NCBI GenBank assembly: GCA_965653045.1
Contig: CBFGYM010000002.1
Span: forward strand, 2,192 to 66,191
Direction: 5' to 3'
From: an uncultured Gammaproteobacteria bacterium
Lineage (GTDB): Bacteria; Pseudomonadota; Gammaproteobacteria; DSM-16500
Length of the DNA: 64,000 nucleotides
The position numbers and the translations under genes were made by a program. Under the pieces are notes generated by a model that searched no databases, was not told the origin of the DNA, and worked only from the letters and a program-made list of their open reading frames with translations. This document shows positions 1 to 10,912 of the stretch, one piece after another. Positions within the stretch are counted from its first letter, which is position 1, and each line of letters starts with the position of its first letter.

Positions 1-972
1 TGCCCACACCATTGTCACATAACCAAACAATACTTTCTGGCTAAAGGTCGCAACGACTTCTGAAAATATACCAAATGCTGGCAAGACTAATATATAAACC
101 TCAGGGTGACCCCAAATCCAAATTAAATTGATATACATCATAAAATTTCCACCAGCAAAATCGGTGAAAAAGTGCATATCAGCCATTCTATCTAAGGCTA
201 ATAAAGCCAATGAAACGGTTAATACAGGGAAGGCTAAGGCCACCAATATCATTGCGCATAAGGCTGACCACACAAATACGGGCATTTTCATCAACGACAT
301 GCCCGGGCAGCGCATTTTGAAGATGGTCGCAATAAAATTAATGCCTGCCATTAAAGTCCCAACGCCCGCAATTTGAAGCGACCAAATATAATAATCAACC
401 CCCACATCAGGGCTATAATATAATTCAGACAAAGGCGGATACGCGAGCCATCCGGTTTTTGCAAAATCCCCTATCACTAAAGACGCATTGCATATCATTG
501 CGCCAACAAACGTCAGCCAAAAACTCATGGAATTTAAGTATGGATAGGCCACATCGCGCGCACCAATTTGCAGTGGCACTGCAATGTTTAACAATGCAAA
601 CATCATAGGCATTGCCACAAAGAAAATCATGATCACGCCGTGGGCTGAGAAAATTTGGTCGTAATGTTCAGGCGGCAAATAGCCATAATTACTGCCCGCT
701 GACATTGCCTGCTGCGAACGCATTAATATGGCATCAGAAAAGCCACGCAGTAACATCACAAACGATAACATCAAATACATAATGCCGATTTTTTTATGAT
801 CGACGGAACAGATCCAGTCATGCCAAACCACAGGCCAATATTTAAAATAAGTGATCGCGCCAACCACCCCTAAAATTAACAACACCATAAACCCACCGGC
901 GCCCATAATAATCGGGTTGTGGTAGGGGATGGCTTCTAAGGTGAGCTTCCCAAAAATTAAATGTTCAAGCAT
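1..972 (-). CDS. cyoB: cytochrome bo3-type ubiquinol oxidase subunit I, N-terminal part (runs off left edge)
   Basis: Open to the window edge, so absent from the ORF track. Reverse translation from the ATG at 972 gives [35 protein letters not shown]...[20 protein letters not shown], a heme-copper oxidase subunit I N-terminus. It starts 3 nt after the cyoA stop. Confidence 0.85.
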   Translation of the reverse strand, partial: MLEHLIFGKLTLEAIPYHNPIIMGAGGFMVLLILGVVGAITYFKYWPVVWHDWICSVDHKKIGIMYLMLSFVMLLRGFSDAILMRSQQAMSAGSNYGYLPPEHYDQIFSAHGVIMIFFVAMPMMFALLNIAVPLQIGARDVAYPYLNSMSFWLTFVGAMICNASLVIGDFAKTGWLAYPPLSELYYSPDVGVDYYIWSLQIAGVGTLMAGINFIATIFKMRCPGMSLMKMPVFVWSALCAMILVALAFPVLTVSLALLALDRMADMHFFTDFAGGNFMMYINLIWIWGHPEVYILVLPAFGIFSEVVATFSQKVLFGYVTMVWA

Positions 973-974
973 GC

Positions 975-1895
975 TTAATCCTTTTTCATTATTTGTAAGT
1001 TTTGACGTGGGTGTTGCGTGCCAAAAGTGTTCATGTACAACATAACCACCTCATCAAATAAAGTCGGTGATGCGCCGCTATAAACGGTGGGCAAGTTACC
1101 TTCCGAAGGAAATAGCAACCCATCATAAGCTTTCGTGTCTAATACCAATTTTGAGGTCTTAGCGGAAGTGATAAAGGCCTCCATCTCGGATGCTGAAACA
1201 ACTTTAGTCGTAAAATGCATGCCTGAGAATCCATCACCGTTAAATTGACTATTCATACCTTCGTAATCACCGACTTGATCAGCGTGAAGATATAAACGGG
1301 TTTTCATGCCGGTCATTGCGTAAATCTGGCTGCCTAATTGCGGAACAAAAAATGCGCTCATGGCCACATTGTCAGCAGTAATAGAAAATTGAATTTGTTG
1401 GTCGACAGGAATGACGAGCTCATTCACCGTTGCAATACCTTGCTGAGGGTAAATAAACAGCCATTTATACGGCAGCGCAATGGCTTGAACCACCAAGGTC
1501 GGCGCATTAGCTTGTATAGGACGATAGGGGTCTAATTCGTGGGTTTTTTTCCACGTCATTGTCGCTAAAATTAATATAATCACACAAGGCACGCCCCACC
1601 AAATCGCTTCAAGAAAGTGGCTGTGAGCCCAGTCAGGGTGGTAGTCCGCATGGTGTGCATGACGATAATGATACACAAATGCAAAACTCATAACGATAAC
1701 CGGAATGACAACGATTAACATTAAGGCTAAGGTATCAATGAATAATTGGCGTTCTTGATAGGCGATGATGCCTTTTGGGTTCAAGAGCCCATTAAGGGTG
1801 ATTTCACAGCCGGTCAGACACAAGGCAATTAATACTAAGATTAACAGCCGCAGTGAACTCACCATTGAAAATAGGGTTCGCATCCTCGCGATCAT
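975..1895 (-). CDS. cyoA: cytochrome o ubiquinol oxidase subunit II
   Basis: 306-aa ORF with a lipoprotein-type signal (LIALCLTGC), two TM helices and a cupredoxin-like C-terminal domain. Sits immediately upstream of cyoB on the same strand. Confidence 0.85.
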   Translation of the reverse strand: MIARMRTLFSMVSSLRLLILVLIALCLTGCEITLNGLLNPKGIIAYQERQLFIDTLALMLIVVIPVIVMSFAFVYHYRHAHHADYHPDWAHSHFLEAIWWGVPCVIILILATMTWKKTHELDPYRPIQANAPTLVVQAIALPYKWLFIYPQQGIATVNELVIPVDQQIQFSITADNVAMSAFFVPQLGSQIYAMTGMKTRLYLHADQVGDYEGMNSQFNGDGFSGMHFTTKVVSASEMEAFITSAKTSKLVLDTKAYDGLLFPSEGNLPTVYSGASPTLFDEVVMLYMNTFGTQHPRQNLQIMKKD

Positions 1896-1988
1896 AACCT
1901 CTCCTGAGTCGGTTTTTTTCCTTCCCCTGTAGTGTAATCTAATGTTAGAATTTTCTAAAGTGGATTTTTTATTACACCTCCTGGAAGG

Positions 1989-2399
1989 ATGCTTCGCATG
2001 ACAACCCTCTTGTTTGCACGCTGGTTCGGTATCGTTTCTGTGTTACTCGCGCTTGGTGTTTTATTCAACCTTGAAGATGCCGAATCGATGGCAAAGAATT
2101 TCGTTAAATCAGAAACGGGTTATATTCTCGGCGGCGTCTTACCCATTATCTTCGGCACCTTATCGTTATTGTTTGCACACGATGTTGATGCTGATTGGAA
2201 CCTAGTCGTGCTATTTATTGGCTGCGCCATGCTAGCTGCTGGCGTTTTTCGTGTGGTATTTGTAAAACAATGGAAACAATTTATCGAGAAACATATCGAA
2301 CAAATTCCATTCTTGTTTAGTTTGTTTGGCTTAATGTTCGGTGTGTTATTGCTGTATGTCGGTTATATTGCTAATTTATTGACAGCGAGTTTAAACTAA
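1989..2399 (+). CDS. small integral membrane protein, unknown function
   Basis: 136-aa ORF with about 4 hydrophobic helices. Its 3' end overlaps the convergent pilT stop by 9 nt. Confidence 0.5.
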   Translation: MLRMTTLLFARWFGIVSVLLALGVLFNLEDAESMAKNFVKSETGYILGGVLPIIFGTLSLLFAHDVDADWNLVVLFIGCAMLAAGVFRVVFVKQWKQFIEKHIEQIPFLFSLFGLMFGVLLLYVGYIANLLTASLN

Positions 2400-3434
2400 A
2401 AACCACTCGCCCCGCGAGGTAACGGTTTTTGCAACAGAAGATGTAATGAGGTTTTTCGTTACTAACGTTTGTAGATATTGCTCAAACGTACACATGCCGA
2501 TATTCCCACTCGTTTGAATGGTTAAAGGCATGTGTGCGACTTTATCTTCTCGAATTAAATGTCGAATTGCGGCATTCGCTAGCATAATTTCAAAAGCTGC
2601 TAATAATTTTGTATCTGTCCCTCTTACCAGCGTTTGGCAAAGCACCGCTTGAATGGATTCAGCTAATAAATTTCGAATACGTGGCTTATCAGCAGGTTCA
2701 AACATATCAATAATACGGCTAATGGCTAAAGGCGAACTGCTTGCATGTAATGTCGCTAAGACCAAATGCCCGGTTTCTGCTGCTGTTAAAGCTAAACGCA
2801 CAGATTCTACATCGCGCATTTCACCAATCATAATCACATCAGGGTCTTGACGCAGTGATGAACGCAGTGCGGTTGAAACGCTTTCCGTATCGCGTCGCAC
2901 TTGTCGTTGGTTGATAATGCTTTTTTTATGTTTGAAAATAAATTCAATCGGGTCTTCAATCGTAATAATATTACAAGCGCGATATTGATTAATATAATCA
3001 ACCATCGCTGCCATTGTTGTGCTTTTACCGCAGCCTGTGGGTCCGGATAAAATAATTAACCCGTGGGGTAAAATACATAATGTTTTTAAAATGGCGGGCA
3101 GCATCAAGTCTTCAAATGAAGGAACTCGCTCAGGAATTAAACGTAATACCGCAGCAATACCATGTAATTGCCGCATCACGTTTACGCGAAAATTGCCAAT
3201 GGCTGGAATAGATAATGAAATGTCTAGCTCGTGTGATTTTTCAAATTCGGCTTTTTGTTCGGGTGTTAACGCAGAAAAAATGAGTTGTTGTGTGTGCTCA
3301 GCTTGTAATTCAGCCGCACCCGCCATGGGAATTAATTCACCGCTCACGCGCAACATTGGCTTGGAAAAAGGCAATAAATGCACATCTGAAGCACCCTGCT
3401 CCGTGGCGGCCGCCAACAGCTCCGTGATGTCCAT
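2391..3434 (-). CDS. pilT: type IV pilus retraction ATPase (PilT/PilU family)
   Basis: 347 aa. Walker A GPTGCGKSTT, Walker B-like DPDVIMIGEMRD, and typical PilT length and layout. Confidence 0.85.
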   Translation of the reverse strand: MDITELLAAATEQGASDVHLLPFSKPMLRVSGELIPMAGAAELQAEHTQQLIFSALTPEQKAEFEKSHELDISLSIPAIGNFRVNVMRQLHGIAAVLRLIPERVPSFEDLMLPAILKTLCILPHGLIILSGPTGCGKSTTMAAMVDYINQYRACNIITIEDPIEFIFKHKKSIINQRQVRRDTESVSTALRSSLRQDPDVIMIGEMRDVESVRLALTAAETGHLVLATLHASSSPLAISRIIDMFEPADKPRIRNLLAESIQAVLCQTLVRGTDTKLLAAFEIMLANAAIRHLIREDKVAHMPLTIQTSGNIGMCTFEQYLQTLVTKNLITSSVAKTVTSRGEWFLV

Positions 3435-3501
3435 TCCACACTCCTTTTTCTTATTATCTATAGTATAGCGGGATTTTTAAAAATGCGTTTTTTTAGTGAA
3501 T

Positions 3502-4086
3502 TCATAGAGATAACATCTCTCCGAAATGCCGGCGGCAGACAGCAATATAAGACTCATTACCCCCAATTTGAATTTGTTGGCCTTCGACCACTTTATGCCC
3601 GTGTTCATCAATGCGAATGTTCATAATGGCTTTTTTGCCGCATTGGCAGATTGTTTTAATTTCAACGAGATTATCTGCCCACACTAATAAATATTGGCTC
3701 CCCTCAAAAGGTTCACCGCGAAAATCACTGCGTAAGCCGTAAGCTAACACCGGCAAATCAAGTTGATCAACCACGCTGCACAATTGCTTGACTTGCGCCT
3801 TCGATAAAAACTGTGCTTCATCAACCAAAATACATTTTAAATTCGTCATCTTCGATTGTTCAGATTGAATATAATCAAAGAAATTAAATTGCGCATCAAA
3901 GATCACCGCATTTTCAGCCAACCCAATGCGCGAAGCAATTTTGCCTTCGCCGTAGCGCTTATCAACATTCGGTGTAAACAACAACACTTCCATCCCGCGT
4001 TCACGATAATTATAAGCCGATTGCAATAACACCGTGCTTTTACCTGCATTCATTGCTGAATAATAAAAATATAGTTTTGCCATCAT
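3502..4086 (-). CDS. tdk: thymidine kinase
   Basis: 194 aa. P-loop SAMNAGKST, a C-terminal Zn-ribbon cysteine pattern (CQCGKKA...CRRH), and typical Tdk length. Confidence 0.9.
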   Translation of the reverse strand: MMAKLYFYYSAMNAGKSTVLLQSAYNYRERGMEVLLFTPNVDKRYGEGKIASRIGLAENAVIFDAQFNFFDYIQSEQSKMTNLKCILVDEAQFLSKAQVKQLCSVVDQLDLPVLAYGLRSDFRGEPFEGSQYLLVWADNLVEIKTICQCGKKAIMNIRIDEHGHKVVEGQQIQIGGNESYIAVCRRHFGEMLSL

Positions 4087-4100
4087 TTCCTCTTTTTAAT

Positions 4101-4838
4101 TTATACTGCCCAGGAAGGCAGCATGGATTGATAATGTCGACATAATTTTTTATGTTCACGATAGTGATTATCGAATTGTGAAACTCGCTGCCAAAATGCC
4201 ACCGAATGATTTAATTCTTTGGTGTGACATAATTCGTGAATCATAATATGCCGTGCTAAATTCTCTGGAAAAAATAATAAGCGATCATTTAAACGAATGG
4301 AATGGTCTGCTGAACAACTACCCCAAATAGACGACTGGCTGCGTATTGATAATGAACGATAAGGCAACCCACATTCATCACTTAAGGCTTTAAAATAAGG
4401 CGGAATTGCACGCAAAGCTTGTCTGCGCAACCACATTTTTAATAAATGAAACGCTTGCTCGTGCGCATGATCGTCAATAGACAATACCAAACACTGCGAC
4501 TTTAATTCACGCAAACGCGGCCTATCTAATTTCGGCTCAATCTTAATGGACCACGTTTTATTTAAAAAAGGCAGCGTTAATGTCGTTGGCAACACACGAC
4601 GCTCAGCAAACACCGACGCTTGCATTAAAATCCACGTTCGATGCGTTTCTAAAATAGCCGGCAAGGCGTGCAATGAAAACCGCACCGGCAGTGTAATGAC
4701 TAAACCTTCACTCGGATGAAAACGAAATTTCACATGTTTTGCGCGTTGATGTCGTTTAATGTCGTAGTTAGGCAGCCAATTCGGTGGCAACCAAGCTTGT
4801 TTTATTTCATTTATTTTATTCGGCTTCAACACGCTCAT
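4101..4838 (-). CDS. YgjP-like (DUF45/M48-related) zinc metallohydrolase
   Basis: 245 aa with the C-terminal HExxH motif IMIHELCHTKELNHS, characteristic of the YgjP/SprT-like family. Confidence 0.7.
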   Translation of the reverse strand: MSVLKPNKINEIKQAWLPPNWLPNYDIKRHQRAKHVKFRFHPSEGLVITLPVRFSLHALPAILETHRTWILMQASVFAERRVLPTTLTLPFLNKTWSIKIEPKLDRPRLRELKSQCLVLSIDDHAHEQAFHLLKMWLRRQALRAIPPYFKALSDECGLPYRSLSIRSQSSIWGSCSADHSIRLNDRLLFFPENLARHIMIHELCHTKELNHSVAFWQRVSQFDNHYREHKKLCRHYQSMLPSWAV

Positions 4839-5145
4839 ACTGCATTTGCATCAAACTTACCGAAAACGGTGAAGTCTGCCCCTTAGTGGTTCCCATTTTG
4901 CGCTCAATAGAACGCGACACATCAACAATACGCTCTTCAACAATTGGCATACGATCAACAAAATGTTTCATTTGACGAATGAGCATGTTACTGCCCGTTG
5001 TTTTAAAAACAAATGGGAATATCGCATGTAAAATACAGGCAACCCCTGCAATTAACATACTAAACCCAAAGATACTTGCGAAAAAGAAATGCTTCCAGTA
5101 CGTTTCGCCCATGCTGTGCGGATGCACGGTAAACGGATTTTTCAT
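4816..5145 (-). CDS. small membrane protein, unknown function
   Basis: 109-aa ORF with two hydrophobic helices. It overlaps the downstream gene start by 23 nt. No motif recognised. Confidence 0.45.
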   Translation of the reverse strand: MKNPFTVHPHSMGETYWKHFFFASIFGFSMLIAGVACILHAIFPFVFKTTGSNMLIRQMKHFVDRMPIVEERIVDVSRSIERKMGTTKGQTSPFSVSLMQMQYERVEAE

Positions 5146-5220
5146 AACACATCTTCCTTGGTAAATTTTCCTGTTGGCTATTGTATCCCTTTGATATATC
5201 AGACGCTAGCATTGATTCCA

Positions 5221-5249
5221 TTGACATTCCCTTACCGCCGGCGTAATGT
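5221..5249 (+). promoter_or_regulatory. putative sigma70 promoter of the rib operon
   Basis: TTGACA (5221-5226), a 17-nt spacer, then TAATGT (5244-5249), a few nt upstream of the riboswitch P1 stem. Confidence 0.5.
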
Positions 5250-5255
5250 GTTCGC

Positions 5256-5490
5256 ATTGTCTTCAGGGCAGGGTGAAATTCCCTACCGGCGGTAGTTTTA
5301 GCCAAGGTTTCTTGACTAAATGAGCCCGCGAGCGCTCCCCACGGGGAGGTCAGCAGATCTGGTCACAGGCAAGTTGGTGCCTCGCAATACAAAGGCTGCT
5401 ACATATTTGACCAAATATGGTCAAAATATCAGCAAATCAACCGCCTTACATTCCAGAGCCGACGGTCAGAGTCCGGATGAAAGAAGATAA
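5256..5490 (+). promoter_or_regulatory. FMN riboswitch (RFN element)
   Basis: Conserved RFN blocks appear in order: CTTCAGGGCAGGGTGAAATTCCCTACCGGCGGT, AGCCCGCGAGCG, GGTCAGCAGATCTGGT, ATTCCAGAGCCGACGGT, AGTCCGGATGAAAGAAG. P1 pairs tcttc with gaaga. Located directly 5' of ribD. Confidence 0.9.
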
Positions 5491-5579
5491 ATATCAATTG
5501 CTTACCTAACACAGGCTAGGTCTGTGTTCACGTGTGCATTGTTTGCCCTGTTTTGTCTATTTTTAGAACAAGGTCAACA

Positions 5580-6656
5580 ATGCACCACACGACAAATGAA
5601 TCTTACATGGCACTTGCCCTTGCTTTGGCTGAACACGGCCGCGGCACCACTTCGCCTAACCCCATGGTCGGCGCCTTAATTATTAAAGACGGCCGCATTA
5701 TCGGACAGGGGTTTCATCTTCAAGCCGGCAGCCCACACGCGGAAATTCATGCTCTCAATGAAGCAGGTTCAGCAGCGATTGGCGCAACCTTAGTGGTTAC
5801 ACTAGAACCTTGCTGCCACCACGGTCGCACCCCGCCTTGTACTGATGCGATTATTGCCGCAGGCATTACACATGTCATTATCGGCGCACAAGACCCCAAC
5901 CCTTTGGTCGCAGGCAAAGGCATCAATGCCCTAAAAGCCGCCGGCATTACCGTCACCACCGGTATCCTTGCTAAAGAAGCGCAAGCCCTAAACGTTGCTT
6001 TTAATCATTACATCACCACAAAAACGCCGTATATCACGGCAAAATGGGCCATGTCTTTAGATGGCAAAACCATCGCACGGCCTGAAGATCACCGCCAACT
6101 CACCGAAACACACGCCCTTGCACACGCGCATGTTAAACGCAGTCACATTGATGCCATTTTAATTGGCGCTAACACGGCAAAATCAGATAACCCGCAACTC
6201 ACGGCACGCGACCCTGAAACGAATCAACCTAAAGCCAATCAACCGCTGCGCTTTATATTATCTGCAAACGGTGATTTGCCTTTAACCCTACAATTACTCA
6301 ATGCACCATTAGCTGAAAACACGTGGGTAATTACGACCCATGCTTCAACACAAACTTGGCGTGATGCCTGCACGGCGCAAGGTGTTAATGTGTTACTCAC
6401 GAAAGCCGACAACAACAATAACATTGATTTACAGTCTTTAATGAAGCGCTTGGGCGAAATGGAAATAACGCATTTACTCGTCGAAGGCGGCATGAGCACT
6501 TTACATAATTTCTTCGATACTGGTCTTGTACAAGCCATTGATGTCTATCTCGCGCCTGTCATTATTGGGAATTTACCGCAGAAAAAATTAATTCACATCC
6601 AAAAACCCACTATTTTAGGGCGTGATTTACTCATTACAGGAGAGTGGTATGTTTAG
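5580..6656 (+). CDS. ribD: bifunctional riboflavin biosynthesis deaminase/reductase
   Basis: Deaminase motifs HAEIHAL and PCCHHGRTPPC, plus a C-terminal reductase domain. The start is taken at the ATG at 5580 (MHHTTNESYMALA...) rather than the track start at 5532. Confidence 0.9.
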   Translation: MHHTTNESYMALALALAEHGRGTTSPNPMVGALIIKDGRIIGQGFHLQAGSPHAEIHALNEAGSAAIGATLVVTLEPCCHHGRTPPCTDAIIAAGITHVIIGAQDPNPLVAGKGINALKAAGITVTTGILAKEAQALNVAFNHYITTKTPYITAKWAMSLDGKTIARPEDHRQLTETHALAHAHVKRSHIDAILIGANTAKSDNPQLTARDPETNQPKANQPLRFILSANGDLPLTLQLLNAPLAENTWVITTHASTQTWRDACTAQGVNVLLTKADNNNNIDLQSLMKRLGEMEITHLLVEGGMSTLHNFFDTGLVQAIDVYLAPVIIGNLPQKKLIHIQKPTILGRDLLITGEWYV

Positions 6657-7251
6657 CGGCATTACTGAAACTTTAGGCATTATTCAGCATATTCAACATG
6701 AAAATGATTGCACGCATTTGACTATTCAACATCATGGCTTATTCAACGATATTAATATTGGCGATAGTATTGCTGTGAATGGCACGTGTTTAACGGTAAC
6801 AAGCTTTGATGCCAATACATTTTCTGTCACAGCTGTTCCTGAAACCTTGCGCTTAACCAATTTAGGCTTATTAAAAAATAACGATGCGGTGAATTTAGAA
6901 CGTGCCATTCGCGCAAATCAACGCATTGGCGGGCATTATGTGCAAGGTCACATCGATACCCTCGCAACGATTAAGTCGATACAACCCGATGGCAAAGGCG
7001 CCATCATTGTTGATTTTATGCTTGATAAACAATGGCAACGTTATTTAATTCATAAAGGCTATATTGCGATTGATGGCATGAGCCTCACCGTCATGGAAAC
7101 CCACGATCAAGGCTTTAAAGTCACTTTTATTCCCCACACACAAACTGTCACTGTCGTTCAGCATTATAGTGTTGGTCATCGCGTCAATATTGAAGTTGAT
7201 ATGATGAGCAAAACCATTGAAAAATTATTAATGAAGGAGGTTGCTGTATGA
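6649..7251 (+). CDS. ribE: riboflavin synthase alpha chain
   Basis: Starts MFSGITETLG (typical MF[TS]GI), with two lumazine-binding repeats. The ATG at 6649 overlaps the ribD stop (ATGTTTAG). The track start at 6622 is rejected. Confidence 0.9.
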   Translation: MFSGITETLGIIQHIQHENDCTHLTIQHHGLFNDINIGDSIAVNGTCLTVTSFDANTFSVTAVPETLRLTNLGLLKNNDAVNLERAIRANQRIGGHYVQGHIDTLATIKSIQPDGKGAIIVDFMLDKQWQRYLIHKGYIAIDGMSLTVMETHDQGFKVTFIPHTQTVTVVQHYSVGHRVNIEVDMMSKTIEKLLMKEVAV

Positions 7252-8492
7252 AACCTGAAATTGAAGTCATTAGACGTGCACTTGAAGCCTTAAGACAAGG
7301 CAAAATGATAATCGTCACAGACGACCCCAATCGTGAAAATGAAGGCGATTTAATTATGCTGGCTGATCGTATTCAAGCGGCAGATATGAATTTCATTATT
7401 CGCAACACCAGCGGCATTGTCTGCGTTTCTATCAGTGAAGATACCGCAACACGTCTTGCATTGCCGTCAATGGTGGCGACAGGTTGCAACACCAGCGCGC
7501 GTGAAACACCGTTTACGGTGTCTGTTGATGCCAAAGAAGGGGTCACCACCGGTGTGTCCGCAGCCGATCGGACCTTAACCTCACAGTTACTCGCTGACAA
7601 ATCTGCAACCGCTGACTCTTTTGTAACCCCTGGGCATGTGTTCCCGCTGGTTGCCAAACAAAACGGTGTATTAGCCCGGCAAGGTCACACAGAAGCCGGG
7701 TTTGATCTTGCCCGCTTAGCAACCGGTGGCGCTTCTGATGCGGCGGTGTTATGTGAATTAATGAATGCTGATGGCACGATGATGCACGGCGAGGCTTTGC
7801 ATACATTCGCAAAAACGCACAATTTATTAATGATTAGCATTGCGGAATTAATCGCTTATCGTCAAGCCACCGAAACACAACTTGAAGAAACCTCGCTCAC
7901 CACACTGCCTATTCAACATTACGGTGATTTTCAATGTCGCGCGTATCGTGAAACCTTAAGCGGCCATGAACATTTAGTGTTAAGCATTCCGCCGAAGAAC
8001 GCAAAACCTGCATTGGTGCGCATTCATTCCTCTTGCTCCACAGGTGATATATTTGCCTCTTTACGATGTGACTGTCATCAACAATTGCATTATGCGTTAA
8101 AGCGTATATCAGAAGAGGGTGGCGTGTTGATTTATTTAAGCCAAGAAGGTCGCGGTATTGGGTTGGGTAATAAAATTAATGCCTATGCCTTACAAAGCAC
8201 TGGCCTAGATACGGTTGAAGCGAATATTGAGCTCGGTTTACCGATTGATGCGCGTGAATATAAAGCGGCCGCTGAAATTCTCACGCGTTTGAATTTAAAA
8301 GACATCCGTTTATTAACAAACAATCCTGCAAAAATGAATGAACTCACACAAGCCAATATTGCAAACGTCACCCGTGAAGCGATGCCTGTTTTCACCACTG
8401 ACCATAATCAACATTACTTAACAACCAAACGTGATAAATTACATCACTTTATTCAAATGCCTGCGGCCACTAAACAAGGAAATGTGAAATGA
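7248..8492 (+). CDS. ribBA: bifunctional 3,4-dihydroxy-2-butanone-4-phosphate synthase / GTP cyclohydrolase II
   Basis: 414 aa. DHBP synthase motif RENEGDLI and GCH II motif SSCSTGDIFASLRCDCHQQL. ATGA overlap with ribE. Confidence 0.9.
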   Translation: MKPEIEVIRRALEALRQGKMIIVTDDPNRENEGDLIMLADRIQAADMNFIIRNTSGIVCVSISEDTATRLALPSMVATGCNTSARETPFTVSVDAKEGVTTGVSAADRTLTSQLLADKSATADSFVTPGHVFPLVAKQNGVLARQGHTEAGFDLARLATGGASDAAVLCELMNADGTMMHGEALHTFAKTHNLLMISIAELIAYRQATETQLEETSLTTLPIQHYGDFQCRAYRETLSGHEHLVLSIPPKNAKPALVRIHSSCSTGDIFASLRCDCHQQLHYALKRISEEGGVLIYLSQEGRGIGLGNKINAYALQSTGLDTVEANIELGLPIDAREYKAAAEILTRLNLKDIRLLTNNPAKMNELTQANIANVTREAMPVFTTDHNQHYLTTKRDKLHHFIQMPAATKQGNVK

Positions 8493-8932
8493 ACCCAAAA
8501 ATAGCGATTGTTTACAGCGAATTTAACCACGAAATTACTGGTGCGTTAAAAAAAGGTGCGGTAGATCGTTTAGCTGAATTAGGCATTGAACCCTCACACA
8601 TTGAGATTGTTGCCGTTCCCGGCGCGATTGAAATTCCATACGTCGCATTATTACTCGCGAAGCAACATAAATTTGATGCGATTATTACACTAGGGTGTGT
8701 CATCCGCGGTGAAACCTCTCACTACGATTACGTGTGTGATCAAGTCAGCCAGGGTTGTCAGCGCGTGATGTTAGATTATGAAATTCCGGTTATCTTCGGT
8801 TTGTTAACCACTGAAAATGAAGCGCAAGCCTTTGATAGAATTGGTGGCGCGCACGGGCATAAAGGCCGAGAAGCCGCAGATACCACACTGACAATGATTC
8901 AACTCACACAAACCTTAAAAACCCCGTATTAA
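8489..8932 (+). CDS. ribH: 6,7-dimethyl-8-ribityllumazine synthase
   Basis: 147 aa with VPGAIEIP and TLGCVIRGETSHYDYV motifs. ATGA overlap with ribBA. Confidence 0.9.
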   Translation: MNPKIAIVYSEFNHEITGALKKGAVDRLAELGIEPSHIEIVAVPGAIEIPYVALLLAKQHKFDAIITLGCVIRGETSHYDYVCDQVSQGCQRVMLDYEIPVIFGLLTTENEAQAFDRIGGAHGHKGREAADTTLTMIQLTQTLKTPY

Positions 8933-10806
8933 GCGAGGTTTTTACCATTTTGTTTGGCTTCTAACTGTTCCCAGCGTTGATAAGCCAGGCTTAATTTTTC
9001 TTGCAGTGCGGTTAATTTCGCAAGTTCCGCTTGTACTTCAGCGGCAGGTTTTGCATAAAATGCCGTATCTGTCACACGCGCTTGCATATCTGCGCACAGC
9101 TTTTCATCAGCTTCAATTTGCTTGGGCAAGGTTTCTAATTCGTGTTGCTCTTTGAAGCTCAACTTCGTGCTGGTGACTGTGGGTTTCACCGGTGCTGGTG
9201 CTTCTTTTTGCTTTTGCAAGGCTTGTACTTGGCGTTTACGATAGCCGGACAACCATTTTTCGTAATCTTCCAAATCGCCGTCGTAAGGCAAGACATCACC
9301 ATCCGCGACTAACAAGAAAGTATCTACCGCAGAACGTAATAAAAAGCGGTCGTGCGAAACAATTAACATAGCGCCTTCAAAATCTTGCAAGGCTAAAGAC
9401 AGGGCATTACGCATTTCCATGTCTAAGTGGTTAGTCGGTTCGTCTAATAATAATAAATTCGGTTTTTGCCACACGAGCAAGGCCAAGGCTAAGCGTGATT
9501 TTTCGCCGCCTGAAAAACGCCCGACTTTACTAAAAACTTCATCGCCCACAAACCCAAATGTGCCTAAATAAGTACGTAAGGTTTGGTCTGATGAACCCGG
9601 TGCAATGCGTTGTAAATGCAATAAAGCGGAGTCATCTAAAAACAAGTGATCCACTTGATGCTGTGCAAAATACCCAACATTCAAGCCCGGTGCCGCTTCT
9701 CGCAGACCGCTGGCACTCGGCACTTCACCGGCTAATAATTTTATTAGACTCGATTTACCCGCACCGTTGGGGCCTAGAATACCAATACGGTCACGTGGGG
9801 TTAAAATTAAATTAATACGGCTAATGATAGTGCGGCCGTCGTAAGCAACGCTTGCATTCTCGCATTGCAATAAAGGGGTTGGGCGTTGGGCTGGCATTTT
9901 AAATTCAAAACTAAACGGTGTTTCTTGCGCAACGGCGCTAATCACTTCTAATTTATCTAAGGCTTTTGCACGACTTTGGGCTTGCTTTGCTTTACTGGCT
10001 TTCGCACCGAAACGGTTAATAAATGATTTTAAATGTGCGATATGCTTTTGTTGTTTTTCAAAATGCGCTTGTTGCAAAGTTAATTTCATAGCACGTGTTT
10101 TTTCAAAGGTTGAATAATCGCCGGTATAGACGGTGAGTTTTTGTTCATGTATATGCGCGATGATATTCACTGTGGCATCTAGGAAGTCTCTGTCGTGCGA
10201 AATTAAAATTAAAGTGCCTTGATACTGCTTAATCCATTCTTCCAACCACAAGACCGCATCTAAATCTAAGTGGTTAGTGGGTTCGTCTAATAACAACACA
10301 TCAGAGGGGCACATCAGCGCCCGGCCTAAATTCAAGCGCATACGCCAGCCGCCAGAAAATTCACTCACCATCATATTCTGCTCGGCAGGACTAAACCCCA
10401 AGCCATCTAATAATTTTGCAGCGCGTGAAGGGGCCGTGTAGCCATCAATGCGGTGCATTTGGTCGTGCAGCGCAATCATTTTCATGCCATCGCCTTCGTT
10501 TTCCGCTTGAATTAAGGCTTTTTCAATATCACGATATTTGGCATCGCCGGCTAGCACATATTCTAATGCGGTTTCAGTACTTGCTGGGGTTTCTTGTGAT
10601 AAATGCGCAATTTGCCAATTTTTCGGCAAGCTCACATCGCCTTTATCAGGGGTTAATTGCCCCAATAACATCGCAAATAAACTCGACTTCCCCGCCCCAT
10701 TCGCCCCAATTAAGCCAATACGCTGCCCTGGAAAAATCGTCCACTCGACATTTTCCATTAAAACACTTGCGCCGCGCCGTAAAGTAACATTTCTAAATGT
10801 AATCAT
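8929..10806 (-). CDS. ABC-F family ATPase (YheS/Uup-like), no membrane domain
   Basis: 625 aa. Two Walker A motifs (GANGAGKSS, GPNGAGKSS), two signature motifs (SGGWRMR, SGGEKSR), an inter-domain linker and a C-terminal coiled-coil tail. Confidence 0.85.
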   Translation of the reverse strand: MITFRNVTLRRGASVLMENVEWTIFPGQRIGLIGANGAGKSSLFAMLLGQLTPDKGDVSLPKNWQIAHLSQETPASTETALEYVLAGDAKYRDIEKALIQAENEGDGMKMIALHDQMHRIDGYTAPSRAAKLLDGLGFSPAEQNMMVSEFSGGWRMRLNLGRALMCPSDVLLLDEPTNHLDLDAVLWLEEWIKQYQGTLILISHDRDFLDATVNIIAHIHEQKLTVYTGDYSTFEKTRAMKLTLQQAHFEKQQKHIAHLKSFINRFGAKASKAKQAQSRAKALDKLEVISAVAQETPFSFEFKMPAQRPTPLLQCENASVAYDGRTIISRINLILTPRDRIGILGPNGAGKSSLIKLLAGEVPSASGLREAAPGLNVGYFAQHQVDHLFLDDSALLHLQRIAPGSSDQTLRTYLGTFGFVGDEVFSKVGRFSGGEKSRLALALLVWQKPNLLLLDEPTNHLDMEMRNALSLALQDFEGAMLIVSHDRFLLRSAVDTFLLVADGDVLPYDGDLEDYEKWLSGYRKRQVQALQKQKEAPAPVKPTVTSTKLSFKEQHELETLPKQIEADEKLCADMQARVTDTAFYAKPAAEVQAELAKLTALQEKLSLAYQRWEQLEAKQNGKNLA

Positions 10807-10912
10807 ATTGATGAATCAATTATTAATAATTAAGTGGGTTATTCTAACGAAATTTCAAGCTGAAGGAAATCAGTCTTTTGACGCAAAGTTAAACTTATGC
10901 AATACTGACCGA

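Noticed and set aside
128-1535. Plus-strand track ORFs 128-376 and 1338-1535.
   Set aside because: They are shadow ORFs antisense to cyoB and cyoA. The same reasoning was applied to the many 60-150-aa antisense ORFs inside other confident genes. Examples are 2653-2850, 3019-3468, 5747-5959, 7373-7812, 21950-22351, 23771-24319, 32948-33412, 48476-48781 and 51336-51833.
10538-10912. The N-terminal 125 codons of track ORF 10538-11632.
   Set aside because: They lie antisense inside the well-supported ABC-F gene. The start was moved to the ATG at 10913.
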